A DNA stretch of 64,000 nt from a bacterium. Lineage in GTDB: Bacteria > Patescibacteriota > Minisyncoccia > UBA6257 > HR35. Positions within the stretch are counted from its first letter, which is position 1, and each line of letters starts with the position of its first letter. The position numbers and the translations under genes were made by a program. The notes under the pieces were generated by a model. That model did no database searches and had not been told where the DNA came from. It was given only the letters and a program-made list of their open reading frames with translations. Below, in pieces: positions 9,381 to 18,621 of the stretch. The DNA lies in NCBI GenBank assembly GCA_041640295.1, contig JBEQAR010000003.1, positions 6,489 to 70,488 on the forward strand. The letters run 5' to 3'.

Positions 9381-9781
9381 TTACTATAAGAAGAAAGTAA
9401 TTTATAAGGGTTAATTATTTTAAAAAGCGGAAACATAATAAAAATTTTGATTTTGAAAAATATATCTGAAATTAAAAGTAAAATAAATTAACTTGTTTTT
9501 TCAATAAGAAATTAATTCTATTTCTCTATTAATTTATACTCAACAGCCATCATTGGGTTTAAATGCAGTAATACAGCGAACATATTTAAAGAAATTTATT
9601 TATTAACCTAATCTTATAATTCTAATTTATGTTTAAGAGAAAATTTTGTTATTTCTATTTAGTTAAGAAATTTGTATTTTGAAAGAGGAATGAGATTATT
9701 TAAATGCTTGGTTATTTTTTCTTCCATCCATGTTAATTTTGTGACAAATACCCTTAATCAAAATGTTAGCTATGAATTATT

Positions 9782-10243
9782 TTATACTTGCTCAAGCCCC
9801 AAAACGCCAATAAATGGGTCTTCTTCCTCTAAAAATTTATTGATTCGTTCCCAGAATGTAGTTTTTAGTCTTTTAGGAAAAACTTGTAGATTTTGAATTT
9901 CATCTTTAGTAAACCAGCGAGCTTCCTCAACTAAACCTTCGTGCATCAAATCCTTCCAATTTTTAACCTGGGTTAGCTTGCCATGCGGTTTTCCTAACCA
10001 AAATGTTTCAAAAAATATTGTTGTGCTATTAGGATGGAATTCCTGAAGATATAACAGCCTTATTATTTCTACATCTAAACCTGTTTCTTCCTTAACTTCT
10101 CTTTTGGCTGCTTCGATAATAGTTTCTTTTTTAAATTCCCATTCTCCTCCCGGTGGATACCAGAAATTCATTCCTCTGTTCTTCACTAATAGTATTCTAT
10201 CTTTTGCAAAAATAATTACTCTTGCCAAAATCCTTATTTTCAT
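9782..10243 (-). CDS. NUDIX hydrolase
   Basis: Nudix box GGEWEFKKETIIEAAKREVKEETGL. Confidence 0.8.
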   Translation of the reverse strand: MKIRILARVIIFAKDRILLVKNRGMNFWYPPGGEWEFKKETIIEAAKREVKEETGLDVEIIRLLYLQEFHPNSTTIFFETFWLGKPHGKLTQVKNWKDLMHEGLVEEARWFTKDEIQNLQVFPKRLKTTFWERINKFLEEEDPFIGVLGLEQV

Positions 10244-11034
10244 TATCGTTTTTGTAAATTGGAAATGTATAGAAAATACGGGATGCTGATTGGGGGAATC
10301 CTGGCGCCATCCCTTGAAGTGTTAACCCGCTCCACTTTTACTAAATGAATCAAAGGATACCGAGCTAGTTTTCGTAAATAATACTGTAGATTGTGGTTAA
10401 TTCTATTTATTATATGGATTTTAGCAAATGCGCTTAAATGTCTATTTTTTCTCATAACAAACAGTGTTTTTTTTGATACTTTTTTGTTGATATAAATTAT
10501 ATAAATCGGCATATTGAATTTTCGAATATAATTCCACACATTTTCTACCGATAAAGCTTTAGGCAACTTGGGAAGTACAGCCTTACCAAACGCTATACTA
10601 GATATGGGACTTCTTTCTATAACTACATTACATCCTTTGTTCGCTAAATTAACAGCCCGTTTTATATTTTTAAGATGCTGTTCAAAGTACCATAAAGTCA
10701 GCTTATTTAAATTTTTCTCTTTATACCTTACTCGAATGTAATTAGGTTCTTGTATAAATTTAAATTTAAAATATTTTCTGAGAAATCTGCATAGAGATGA
10801 TTTACCACTACTCCAGATTCTTTCAATAATAAAAATGTTACCAAAAATTTTACAATTTACTAAATCCTTTGCCATACATAAATTATAAATTATGAATAAG
10901 GAAATTATTTCAATAGTGAATATCCAAAATGGGAAGTATTCCATCAAAAATATACTATCCTTGCTCTTGAGTAAATCTAAAGATATAATTAAGGTTTCAG
11001 ATTTTTGATGAGTGAAGACAAAATAATAGAGCAT
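10243..11034 (-). CDS. Deoxynucleoside kinase-like P-loop kinase. The annotated ORF has a hydrophobic N-terminal extension, so the true start may be the internal Met at MAKDLV.
   Basis: Walker A-like GKSSL and the ERS motif (VVIERSPISS) of the dNK/dCK family. GC-rich segment at about 10278-10335 in the C-terminal tail. Confidence 0.5.
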   Translation of the reverse strand: MLYYFVFTHQKSETLIISLDLLKSKDSIFLMEYFPFWIFTIEIISLFIIYNLCMAKDLVNCKIFGNIFIIERIWSSGKSSLCRFLRKYFKFKFIQEPNYIRVRYKEKNLNKLTLWYFEQHLKNIKRAVNLANKGCNVVIERSPISSIAFGKAVLPKLPKALSVENVWNYIRKFNMPIYIIYINKKVSKKTLFVMRKNRHLSAFAKIHIINRINHNLQYYLRKLARYPLIHLVKVERVNTSRDGARIPPISIPYFLYISNLQKR

Positions 11035-11127
11035 TTTCTTCTTAAAAGAAGTGATTGGTGTATAGGTAGGTAATTAAAAAGATGTATAAATAACTAAAGA
11101 GTTAAATTAAATCATAAGTTATAATGA

Positions 11128-11793
11128 TTGCATATGAAACCAATGAACAAAAACAAAGTAATTCAAAAGGTTAAAGAATATGTAAAAAGAGAGTTGAAGG
11201 GAGAACCAACTGGTCATGATTGGTGGCATGCTTTTAGAGTTTGGAAGATGGCTAAAAAGATTGCCAAAAAAGAGGGTGGAAATTTATTTGTAATTGAGTT
11301 AGCGGCTTTATTACATGATATTGCTGATTGGAAATTTTCTGGTAGTCTTAAATCAAGCTCAAAAAAGGCGAGAGAGTTGTTAGAAAAACTGGGAGTTGAT
11401 GAAAAAATTTTAAAAGAAGTATGTTATATAATTGAGAATGTTTCTTTTAAGGGAGCTGGAGTTAAAGATAAAATGGAATCAATAGAAGGTAAAATTGTTC
11501 AAGATGCTGATAGATTAGATGTTATTGGTGCAATCGGCATTGCCAGAGTATTTGCTTATGGTGGATTTATGAGAAGAGAGATTTATAACCCTGAAATAAA
11601 ACCGAAATTTCATAAAACATTTAATGATTATAAAAAGAGTAAAAGTGCTTCAATAAATCATTTTTATGAAAAAATATTACTACTTAAAGATAGATTACAT
11701 ACAAAAACAGCGAAAACAATAGGAGAGAAGCGACACAAATTTTTAAAATTATTTTTAAAACAATTTTTTAGAGAATGGAAGGGTGAATTATAA
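11128..11793 (+). CDS. HD-domain phosphohydrolase
   Basis: HAFRVW ... LLHDIADWKF HD motif. 221 aa. Confidence 0.65.
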   Translation: MHMKPMNKNKVIQKVKEYVKRELKGEPTGHDWWHAFRVWKMAKKIAKKEGGNLFVIELAALLHDIADWKFSGSLKSSSKKARELLEKLGVDEKILKEVCYIIENVSFKGAGVKDKMESIEGKIVQDADRLDVIGAIGIARVFAYGGFMRREIYNPEIKPKFHKTFNDYKKSKSASINHFYEKILLLKDRLHTKTAKTIGEKRHKFLKLFLKQFFREWKGEL

Positions 11794-12373
11794 TAGCCAG
11801 TTTTTAAATAGATTTAAAAATATAAAGGGAAAAATTAAAAACACATAAGTAAAAATAATTAAATTAATTGATTTATTGCTATTTGCCAAAGTGAAATAAA
11901 AAATTAAAACCAATAATTTACTTGCTCTTAATTCAAATTAAATTAAAATAAAAAAACTACTCTTCTTTAAAATTTTTAGTTTATTTAAATTTAACTCCAA
12001 AATTCTTTTCTTCTATTTGAGATAATTTTAATACCACCTTTAAAGTGTAAGGAAGTAGCTCTTTAAATTTTAATCACCTGTTTCCCAGATACGGGTTTAT
12101 TTATTCTTGAATTCAAAAGTAGTCACTAAAAAAAGCTTGATTAGGTAAAGTCTTTTTAATTTTAGGCTGGTCTTCTAAATATAATTCAACTTCTTCTTTA
12201 ATGTTTTTAGGTTTCCTAAAATTATCTTTCCTTGGTTAATTACTTTTAGCTCAACGCAACAAGCAACAAACTATTTTTTTTCTTTGTTTATAATAGTTGT
12301 AAATCTATAAATCATTTTGAGGTTAAATTAACAATCATTATTATTTTATCATAGGTAACTTTATAAAAACATA

Positions 12374-13285
12374 TTGAGAATACTTTATAATTTGATGATT
12401 ATGTTATGGATGGCGCTTTCAATTTCAGCAGCTTTTATTTGGGCAATTGTTAATACTATAGACAAATATGTTCTTACAAATTGGGTTAAAAAACCAATTG
12501 TTTTGGTTATGATTTTAGGAATTAATGGATTGCTTGTGACTATTTTTATTTATTTATTTCATGGTATTTCTCAACTTTCTTATTCAAATATTATTTTAGC
12601 TTTTATTGCTGGAATTTTTTATATTTTAATGAGCGTATTTTATTTTAAAGCAGTTAAAATAGAAGAAATATCAAGAGTTGTTCCTTTGTTTTATTTAAAT
12701 CCATTATTTGTTTTAATTTTCGCAACGATATTTCTTAAAGAAATTTTGACTCCTATAAAATATTTAGGAGTTATTTTTTTAATAATCGGAGCGGTACTTA
12801 TATCTTCAAAAAATTTCATAAAATTTAGAATTGGTAAAGCTTTTTGGTTTATGATGCTTTCTGCTTTAGCTTTATCAATAAGTATTGTGATAACAAAATA
12901 CCTTCTTAATTTTGCTGATTTTTGGACAATATTTTCGTATATAAGTGTCGGAACAATTTTTGCTTTAATTCCGATATTTTATTTTAATTTTTCAGATTTT
13001 GTTTCTGCTATAAAAGATAATAACAAAATAGTAATTATGATAATTTTTTTGAATGAGTTACTAAATGTAATAGGGGTTTTGTTAATCACTATCGCTACAC
13101 AGGTTGGATATGTAACCTTAGTAAATGCTCTTTCTTCAACTCACTCATTTTTTGTTTTATTATTTACAGTTACTTTGAGTATTTTTTATCCTAAAATTTT
13201 AAAAGAAAAAATTAGTAAACCAACCATAATGTTAAAGTTAATAGCTATATTATTAATGTTCATCGGGACGATTTTAATTACTTAA
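12374..13285 (+). CDS. EamA-like (DMT superfamily) transporter
   Basis: About 10 predicted TM helices in two halves. 303 aa. Typical DMT architecture. Confidence 0.5.
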   Translation: MRILYNLMIMLWMALSISAAFIWAIVNTIDKYVLTNWVKKPIVLVMILGINGLLVTIFIYLFHGISQLSYSNIILAFIAGIFYILMSVFYFKAVKIEEISRVVPLFYLNPLFVLIFATIFLKEILTPIKYLGVIFLIIGAVLISSKNFIKFRIGKAFWFMMLSALALSISIVITKYLLNFADFWTIFSYISVGTIFALIPIFYFNFSDFVSAIKDNNKIVIMIIFLNELLNVIGVLLITIATQVGYVTLVNALSSTHSFFVLLFTVTLSIFYPKILKEKISKPTIMLKLIAILLMFIGTILIT

Positions 13286-13472
13286 TTTTGTTATGCTCAT
13301 GAAGTCAGTGGTTGGGATATTGATAATTAAATCTTTAATCAAGAGGGATTTAAAATTACAAAATAAGCAAAGATTAGAATTTAGAGAATTTTGGTTGATA
13401 GATTATAACAGAGAATATCAGATAAAAAATATAATAATGCTGCATATTAAAGACATTTTTAGAAAAAACTAA

Positions 13473-14018
13473 ATGAGTATAAAAATTACTTATTTTGTTC
13501 ATAGCACAACCATAGATAATGAAAAAGGAATTGCTTTGGGATGGAATGATGTTGAGCTTTCTGAATTAGGAAGAAAACAAGCAAAAGAATTAAAAGAAAT
13601 GATAAAAGATAAAAAATTTGATGTTGTTTTTTGTTCTGATTTGAAACGAGCGGTGGAGTCAGCAAAGTTGATATTTGAAGATAAAATTCCGATAATACCT
13701 GATCGAAGATTAAGAGAAATTAATTATGGCAAATATAATGAACAGTCAACAAAAATCATTGAATCAATACAAGAAAAAATGATTAATGAAAAATTCCCAG
13801 AAGGCGAAAGCTTTGAAAATGTTCAATTAAGAATCGCTGATTTTTTAGATTTTTTAAGGAAAAACTATGATGGTAAAAATATAGCAATAGTAAGTCATAA
13901 GGCTCCTCAATTAGCTTTAGATGTTTTGCTTAAAGGAAAAACATGGGAGCAAGCATTTGCTGAAGATTGGCGTAAAACTAAATCCTGGCAACCAGGCTGG
14001 GAGTATGATTTAAAATAA
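13473..14018 (+). CDS. Histidine phosphatase superfamily (phosphoglycerate mutase-like) protein, divergent
   Basis: N-terminal ITYFVHSTT ... LSELGRKQA resembles the RHG...LT..G..QA signature, but the Arg of RHG is replaced (VHS). Confidence 0.4.
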   Translation: MSIKITYFVHSTTIDNEKGIALGWNDVELSELGRKQAKELKEMIKDKKFDVVFCSDLKRAVESAKLIFEDKIPIIPDRRLREINYGKYNEQSTKIIESIQEKMINEKFPEGESFENVQLRIADFLDFLRKNYDGKNIAIVSHKAPQLALDVLLKGKTWEQAFAEDWRKTKSWQPGWEYDLK

Positions 14019-14029
14019 ATATAAACAAA

Positions 14030-14953
14030 ATGTTTCAAAATTCTTTTTTATTTAAAAGCTTATCAAGTATTATTAAAATCATTATAAAGATACTTAGGAA
14101 TTGGAATAAAACTATTGTCGGAATTGCTTTAAATTCTTTTGCTATTTATATAACAGTTAAGTTTATCTTTACAGAGATATTCATACCTTTTTATATTATT
14201 CTCGGAATAACAATAACTTCTCTTGTAATTTTTCTTTTAAGTTTCATTATTTTCAAATTTTTCCCTTACAGATTTTTCAATTGGAATCTAAAAGAAATAA
14301 AGAAAATTATAGAGACAAAAAATAATTTAGGTTGGACGTTATTTGTTTTATTTTATATGTCTCCTTTGGCGAATTACTTCATGTCATTTTCTTTAAGTGT
14401 TTTTATTTTTTCCTTTATGAACAGTGGAGTTAAATATTTGTGGGATAACTCTATTTCAGAAGGAAAAATAATTTATGAATACTTAGCTAGTTTTACTCTT
14501 GCTATTCCTATTATTATCTTGTTGCTTATTTTGCTCTTTTTAATATCTGGATTTTTGGCATATGCTATCACTTTAGGTTATGAAAAGATTAGAATGAATC
14601 TGCTGCCTTATTTTATTTACTCTTTTCTTACTGGAAAATCACAGCAAGATAGAGAGAATACAAATAAACAAGAAAATCTAACTTTGCATTATTCTATTTT
14701 TACTGTATTGCTTGTGATTACTGTTATATTTTTTGAGATTAGTGATATAATAGAAATACAAATACTGGAATCACTAAATACCTTAGTGGAAGTTATTGCA
14801 AATTACATTCAGCCATATTTGATTTTGCTTATTAAATTTATTGTAGGTATTATTCCTTTGGGATGGTTTTATGAGTTATTTGTAAGCTCAAGTTGGATTT
14901 CGAAAGAATTGACTATTAACCCTAGCGAAAATTCGGAAAAATTTAAAAATTAA
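14030..14953 (+). CDS. Hypothetical polytopic membrane protein
   Basis: Multiple hydrophobic helices. No recognisable motif. Confidence 0.4.
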   Translation: MFQNSFLFKSLSSIIKIIIKILRNWNKTIVGIALNSFAIYITVKFIFTEIFIPFYIILGITITSLVIFLLSFIIFKFFPYRFFNWNLKEIKKIIETKNNLGWTLFVLFYMSPLANYFMSFSLSVFIFSFMNSGVKYLWDNSISEGKIIYEYLASFTLAIPIIILLLILLFLISGFLAYAITLGYEKIRMNLLPYFIYSFLTGKSQQDRENTNKQENLTLHYSIFTVLLVITVIFFEISDIIEIQILESLNTLVEVIANYIQPYLILLIKFIVGIIPLGWFYELFVSSSWISKELTINPSENSEKFKN

Positions 14954-14999
14954 AAAACCAATAAGACAAAAAGATAATTTAGGGTGTGGAGCAGCTTGT

Positions 15000-15359
15000 A
15001 TGGCTTTTATTGTTGGTAAAACTTATGATGAGGTTGTAAATCATCTGGGTAAGCTAAAAGCCAAGAATTCAGGATTTTATTGTCGAGAAATTGTTAGTTA
15101 TTTCAAAAAACTTGGATATTTGGCAGAGTATCATTATTTAAAACCGAAATGGCGAAAGAAAATATACCGCGACAATGTTATTGTTTTTATCAAAAGATCA
15201 AAAAAATATCCATTTGGCCATTATTTAGTTAGGTACAAAAATTTGTGGATGGATCCATGGATTAATTGGGACGAAGATAAAAACATCAAAAATGCTAAAG
15301 CTGGCTTTAGAAAAAAACTACCAGGAAAACCAATTTATGGGATTTTTGTTAAGTGTTAA
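15000..15359 (+). CDS. C39-like (papain-fold) cysteine peptidase domain protein. The conserved Gln/Cys motif lies just upstream of the ATG, so the real start is probably a non-ATG codon within 14913-14999.
   Basis: The upstream in-frame sequence reads IRQKDNLGCGAACMAFIVGKTY, which matches C39 Q-x5-C-G-x-A-C. The catalytic His context FGHYLVRY lies downstream. In frame back to the stop at 14910-14912. Confidence 0.45.
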   Translation: MAFIVGKTYDEVVNHLGKLKAKNSGFYCREIVSYFKKLGYLAEYHYLKPKWRKKIYRDNVIVFIKRSKKYPFGHYLVRYKNLWMDPWINWDEDKNIKNAKAGFRKKLPGKPIYGIFVKC

Positions 15360-16060
15360 ATTATAATATTAACTTAATGAAAACAAATTTGTTTGTGATT
15401 TCGTTAGGTGGGAGTTTAGTTGTGCCGAATGAGATTGATTTGAATTTTTTAAAGAAATTTAAAGCTTTTATTTTGAAGCATATTAAAAGAAATAAAAAAT
15501 TTATTATTATAGTTGGTGGAGGAAAAATAGCAAGAAAATATCAACAATCAGCTAAAAAATTAACAAAAGTTTCTAATGAAGATTTAGATTGGTTAGGAAT
15601 TCATGCTACTCGAATTAATGCCCATCTTTTACTTACTATTTTCAGAAATTATGCTTATTATCGAGTTTTAAAAAATCCAAAAGAAAAAGTTAATTTCAAA
15701 GAAAAAATCTTAATTGCAAGTGGTTGGAAGCCTGGATTTAGTACTGATTTTGATGCAGTTTGGTTGGCAAAAACTTATGGTTCAGATACTATTTTAAATT
15801 TAACGGATGTTGATTATGTTTATGATAAAGATCCTTCAAAATTTAAAAATGCTAAAGCTTTCAAAGAAATAACCTGGGATGAGTACCTGAAATTACTTAA
15901 TCAAAAATGGATTCCGGGAATGTCAGCTCCTTTTGATCCTATTGCTTCAAAATTAGCAAAGAAATTTAACTTTAAGTGCGTAATTATTAATGGAAGAAAT
16001 TTAAAAGAATTAGAAAAATTTTTATCAGGTAAAAACCTTAAGGGCACTTTAATTGGTTAA
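15353..16060 (+). CDS. pyrH: Amino-acid-kinase-fold protein, probably archaeal-type UMP kinase
   Basis: LGGSLV ... IIIVGGGKIARKY pattern of archaeal-type UMPK. 235 aa. Confidence 0.5.
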   Translation: MLNYNINLMKTNLFVISLGGSLVVPNEIDLNFLKKFKAFILKHIKRNKKFIIIVGGGKIARKYQQSAKKLTKVSNEDLDWLGIHATRINAHLLLTIFRNYAYYRVLKNPKEKVNFKEKILIASGWKPGFSTDFDAVWLAKTYGSDTILNLTDVDYVYDKDPSKFKNAKAFKEITWDEYLKLLNQKWIPGMSAPFDPIASKLAKKFNFKCVIINGRNLKELEKFLSGKNLKGTLIG

Positions 16061-16304
16061 GCAATTTAATGAATATAACATTATAAGGATATAAAATCTT
16101 GTAGTAAATTGCACAACGCTATCAAGAAATTGAGATTAAAATAGTTTAAAAGTTAAAATATTTATAAGAAAATTTTATTTAAAATAAAATAAATTTTTAA
16201 AGGGTTTTTAAAATAAAAAATTATGAAATAAGATTAAAGCATAATTTGTTTAGTCGAAAAGTTAAATATAATTTTCACATATTTTCTTATTATAAAATTT
16301 AAAA

Positions 16305-17396
16305 ATGTTAAAAGATAATTTAGAAACTAATTTAGATTTATATAATTATTATTTACCACATGAGAATATTGCTCAATCCCCAGTAGTTCCTCGAGATTTT
16401 TCGAAATTAATGATATATAATACCATAGAAGATAAAATCATAATCGATAAGTTTTATAATCTTCATAAATATCTTAATAAAAATTATTTTTTAGTTTTTA
16501 ATGAAACAAAAGTATTGCCAGCTAAAGTTACTCTATTTAAGGAAACGGGGGGTAAAGTTAAAGCTCTTTTTCTTTTAAGTGAAAAAATCGAAGATTTGCA
16601 AAAAAATAAATTAAAAGAAATTAGAGGTATGGTTGATCGAGGTCTTAAAATTGGTGAAAATATTTATTTTGATCTAAAAGATAAAAATAATTATTTGAAA
16701 GTTATAAAGCAAGAAAAAAATATTTTTACTTTTAAAATCAAGAGCAAAAATTTCTTAAAACTTTTAAATCGCTTTGGCGAAGCTCCTTTGCCTCCCTATA
16801 TTAAAAATTCTCCTCTTTCTAGGGAAAAACTAAAAGAAAAATATCAAACAATCTTTGCTAAAAAAATTGGTTCCATTGCGGCGCCTACAGCTTCTTTTCA
16901 TTTTACTCCAAGAGTTTTAAGAAGATTAAAAAATAAAAAAATAAAATATTATTTCGTAACTCTCCATGTCGGTTTAGCTACTTTTACGCCGCTAAAAGAA
17001 GAATATATCAAAACTAAAAAGTTACCACCAGAATACTGGGAAATTGACATTGAGGTGTACGAAAAAATTAAAAAACTAAAACAAGAAGGAAAAAAAATGA
17101 TTGCTGTTGGAACAACAACGACGAGGATGTTAGAATCGTTAGTTAGATTTAAAAAGAAAAGAAAGAATAATAAAATTTACGGAACAACAAAGCTTTTTAT
17201 TATGCCACCTTTTAAATTTAAAATGGTTGATGCTCTTATTACTAATTTCCATTTGCCCAGAAGTTCATTAATGATGCTAGTTGAAGCTTTTCTTAATTTT
17301 AAAAATTCTAAAAAACACCTTAAGGAACTTTATCAAATAGCCATAGATAAAAATTTTAGATTTTATTCATTTGGTGATGCAATGTTAATCATTTAA
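16305..17396 (+). CDS. queA: S-adenosylmethionine:tRNA ribosyltransferase-isomerase
   Basis: N-terminal LDLYNYYLPHENIAQSPVVPRDFSKLMIY and VGTTTTRMLES motifs. Adjacent to tgt. Confidence 0.85.
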   Translation: MLKDNLETNLDLYNYYLPHENIAQSPVVPRDFSKLMIYNTIEDKIIIDKFYNLHKYLNKNYFLVFNETKVLPAKVTLFKETGGKVKALFLLSEKIEDLQKNKLKEIRGMVDRGLKIGENIYFDLKDKNNYLKVIKQEKNIFTFKIKSKNFLKLLNRFGEAPLPPYIKNSPLSREKLKEKYQTIFAKKIGSIAAPTASFHFTPRVLRRLKNKKIKYYFVTLHVGLATFTPLKEEYIKTKKLPPEYWEIDIEVYEKIKKLKQEGKKMIAVGTTTTRMLESLVRFKKKRKNNKIYGTTKLFIMPPFKFKMVDALITNFHLPRSSLMMLVEAFLNFKNSKKHLKELYQIAIDKNFRFYSFGDAMLII

Positions 17397-17399
17397 AAA

Positions 17400-18536
17400 A
17401 TGTTTCAAGTAATTAAAAAGTCCAAAAAATCAAAAGCAAGAATTGGAAAAATCATGACTCTTCATGGTGAGATTAAAACGCCAGCTTTTGTTCCGGTAGC
17501 TACTAAAGGTGTTATTAAAGCTTTAACTCATAATTTTATAAATGAAATAGGGATCCAGGTGGTATTTGTTAATACTTATCATCTCGTCAATCATCCGGGA
17601 ATAGAAATAATCGAAAAATTTGATGGAATTCATAATTTTGCTAATTTAAAAATACCTTTAATGAGTGATTCAGCTGGTTTTCAAGTTTTTTCCTTAGCTA
17701 ATAAAAAGAAAGCAAAACTGAGGAATGAAGATTCTGAAATTGAAGTAAAAATTTTAGATGATGGAGTTATTTTCAAATCAAATCGTGATGGAAGAGAAAT
17801 TTTATTTACTCCTGAAAAATCTATGGAATATCAAATAAAAATTGGAGCTGATATTATTGTTTCTTTTGATGAATGTATTCCTTATCCGACAACTTATGAT
17901 TACGCAAAATTAGCAACAAAAAGAACCCATGATTGGCTTTTAAGGTGTATTGATTATTTCTCAAAAAATAAAAGAAGTTATCAATATTTATATGGAGTGA
18001 TTCAGGGATCGGTTTTTGAGAATTTAAGAAAAGAATCGGCTAAATTTGTGATCTCTCAAGATATAGACGGTATTGCCATCGGTGGAGTTTCGGTTGGTGA
18101 GACTAAAGAAGAAATGAGGCTTGCAGTAAAATGGATTAGTGAATTTTTGCCAGATGAAAAACCGGTTCATCTTTTAGGTGTTGGGAGGGTTGATGATATT
18201 ATTGATTTAGTAATTTATGGTATTGATACTTTTGATTGTGCTGAACCAACTCGGATTGCTCGAACTGGTCATATTTATCAAATAAAAAATGAAAATAATT
18301 TAAGAGAATATTTAGAAACAATTGATATTAAAAAGAATATTTACAAAGACAGCCAAGAAAGAGTTGATCCGAAATGTACTTGTTATACTTGTCAAAATTT
18401 TTCAAAAGCTTATCTTCATCACTTATTTAAAGAAAAAGAGATAACCGCTTATATATTAGCAACTTATCACAATTTATTTTTAATGGAACGTTTTTTTGGA
18501 AAAATAAGAGAATTGATAGCTAATAATGGCATTTAA
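17400..18536 (+). CDS. tgt: Queuine tRNA-ribosyltransferase (tRNA-guanine transglycosylase)
   Basis: TPAFVPVATKG, LLGVGRVDD, DCAEPTR and the Zn site CTCYTCQN...H. Confidence 0.9.
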   Translation: MFQVIKKSKKSKARIGKIMTLHGEIKTPAFVPVATKGVIKALTHNFINEIGIQVVFVNTYHLVNHPGIEIIEKFDGIHNFANLKIPLMSDSAGFQVFSLANKKKAKLRNEDSEIEVKILDDGVIFKSNRDGREILFTPEKSMEYQIKIGADIIVSFDECIPYPTTYDYAKLATKRTHDWLLRCIDYFSKNKRSYQYLYGVIQGSVFENLRKESAKFVISQDIDGIAIGGVSVGETKEEMRLAVKWISEFLPDEKPVHLLGVGRVDDIIDLVIYGIDTFDCAEPTRIARTGHIYQIKNENNLREYLETIDIKKNIYKDSQERVDPKCTCYTCQNFSKAYLHHLFKEKEITAYILATYHNLFLMERFFGKIRELIANNGI

Positions 18537-18621
18537 TCAAAAATTCTAAATAAAAAATATTCTAGATATAGTTATTTATATTTTAATCAAAAATAGAATG
18601 GATTCATTCAAATAATAAAAT

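Noticed and set aside
9672-9896. 74-aa plus-strand ORF overlapping the NUDIX gene
   Set aside because: Antisense overlap with a motif-supported gene. Low-complexity product.
18540-18621. Possible terminator hairpin between convergent tgt and pyrG
   Set aside because: Only weak, AT-only partial palindromes (tctaaata / tattctaga). No GC-containing stem followed by a T-tract.
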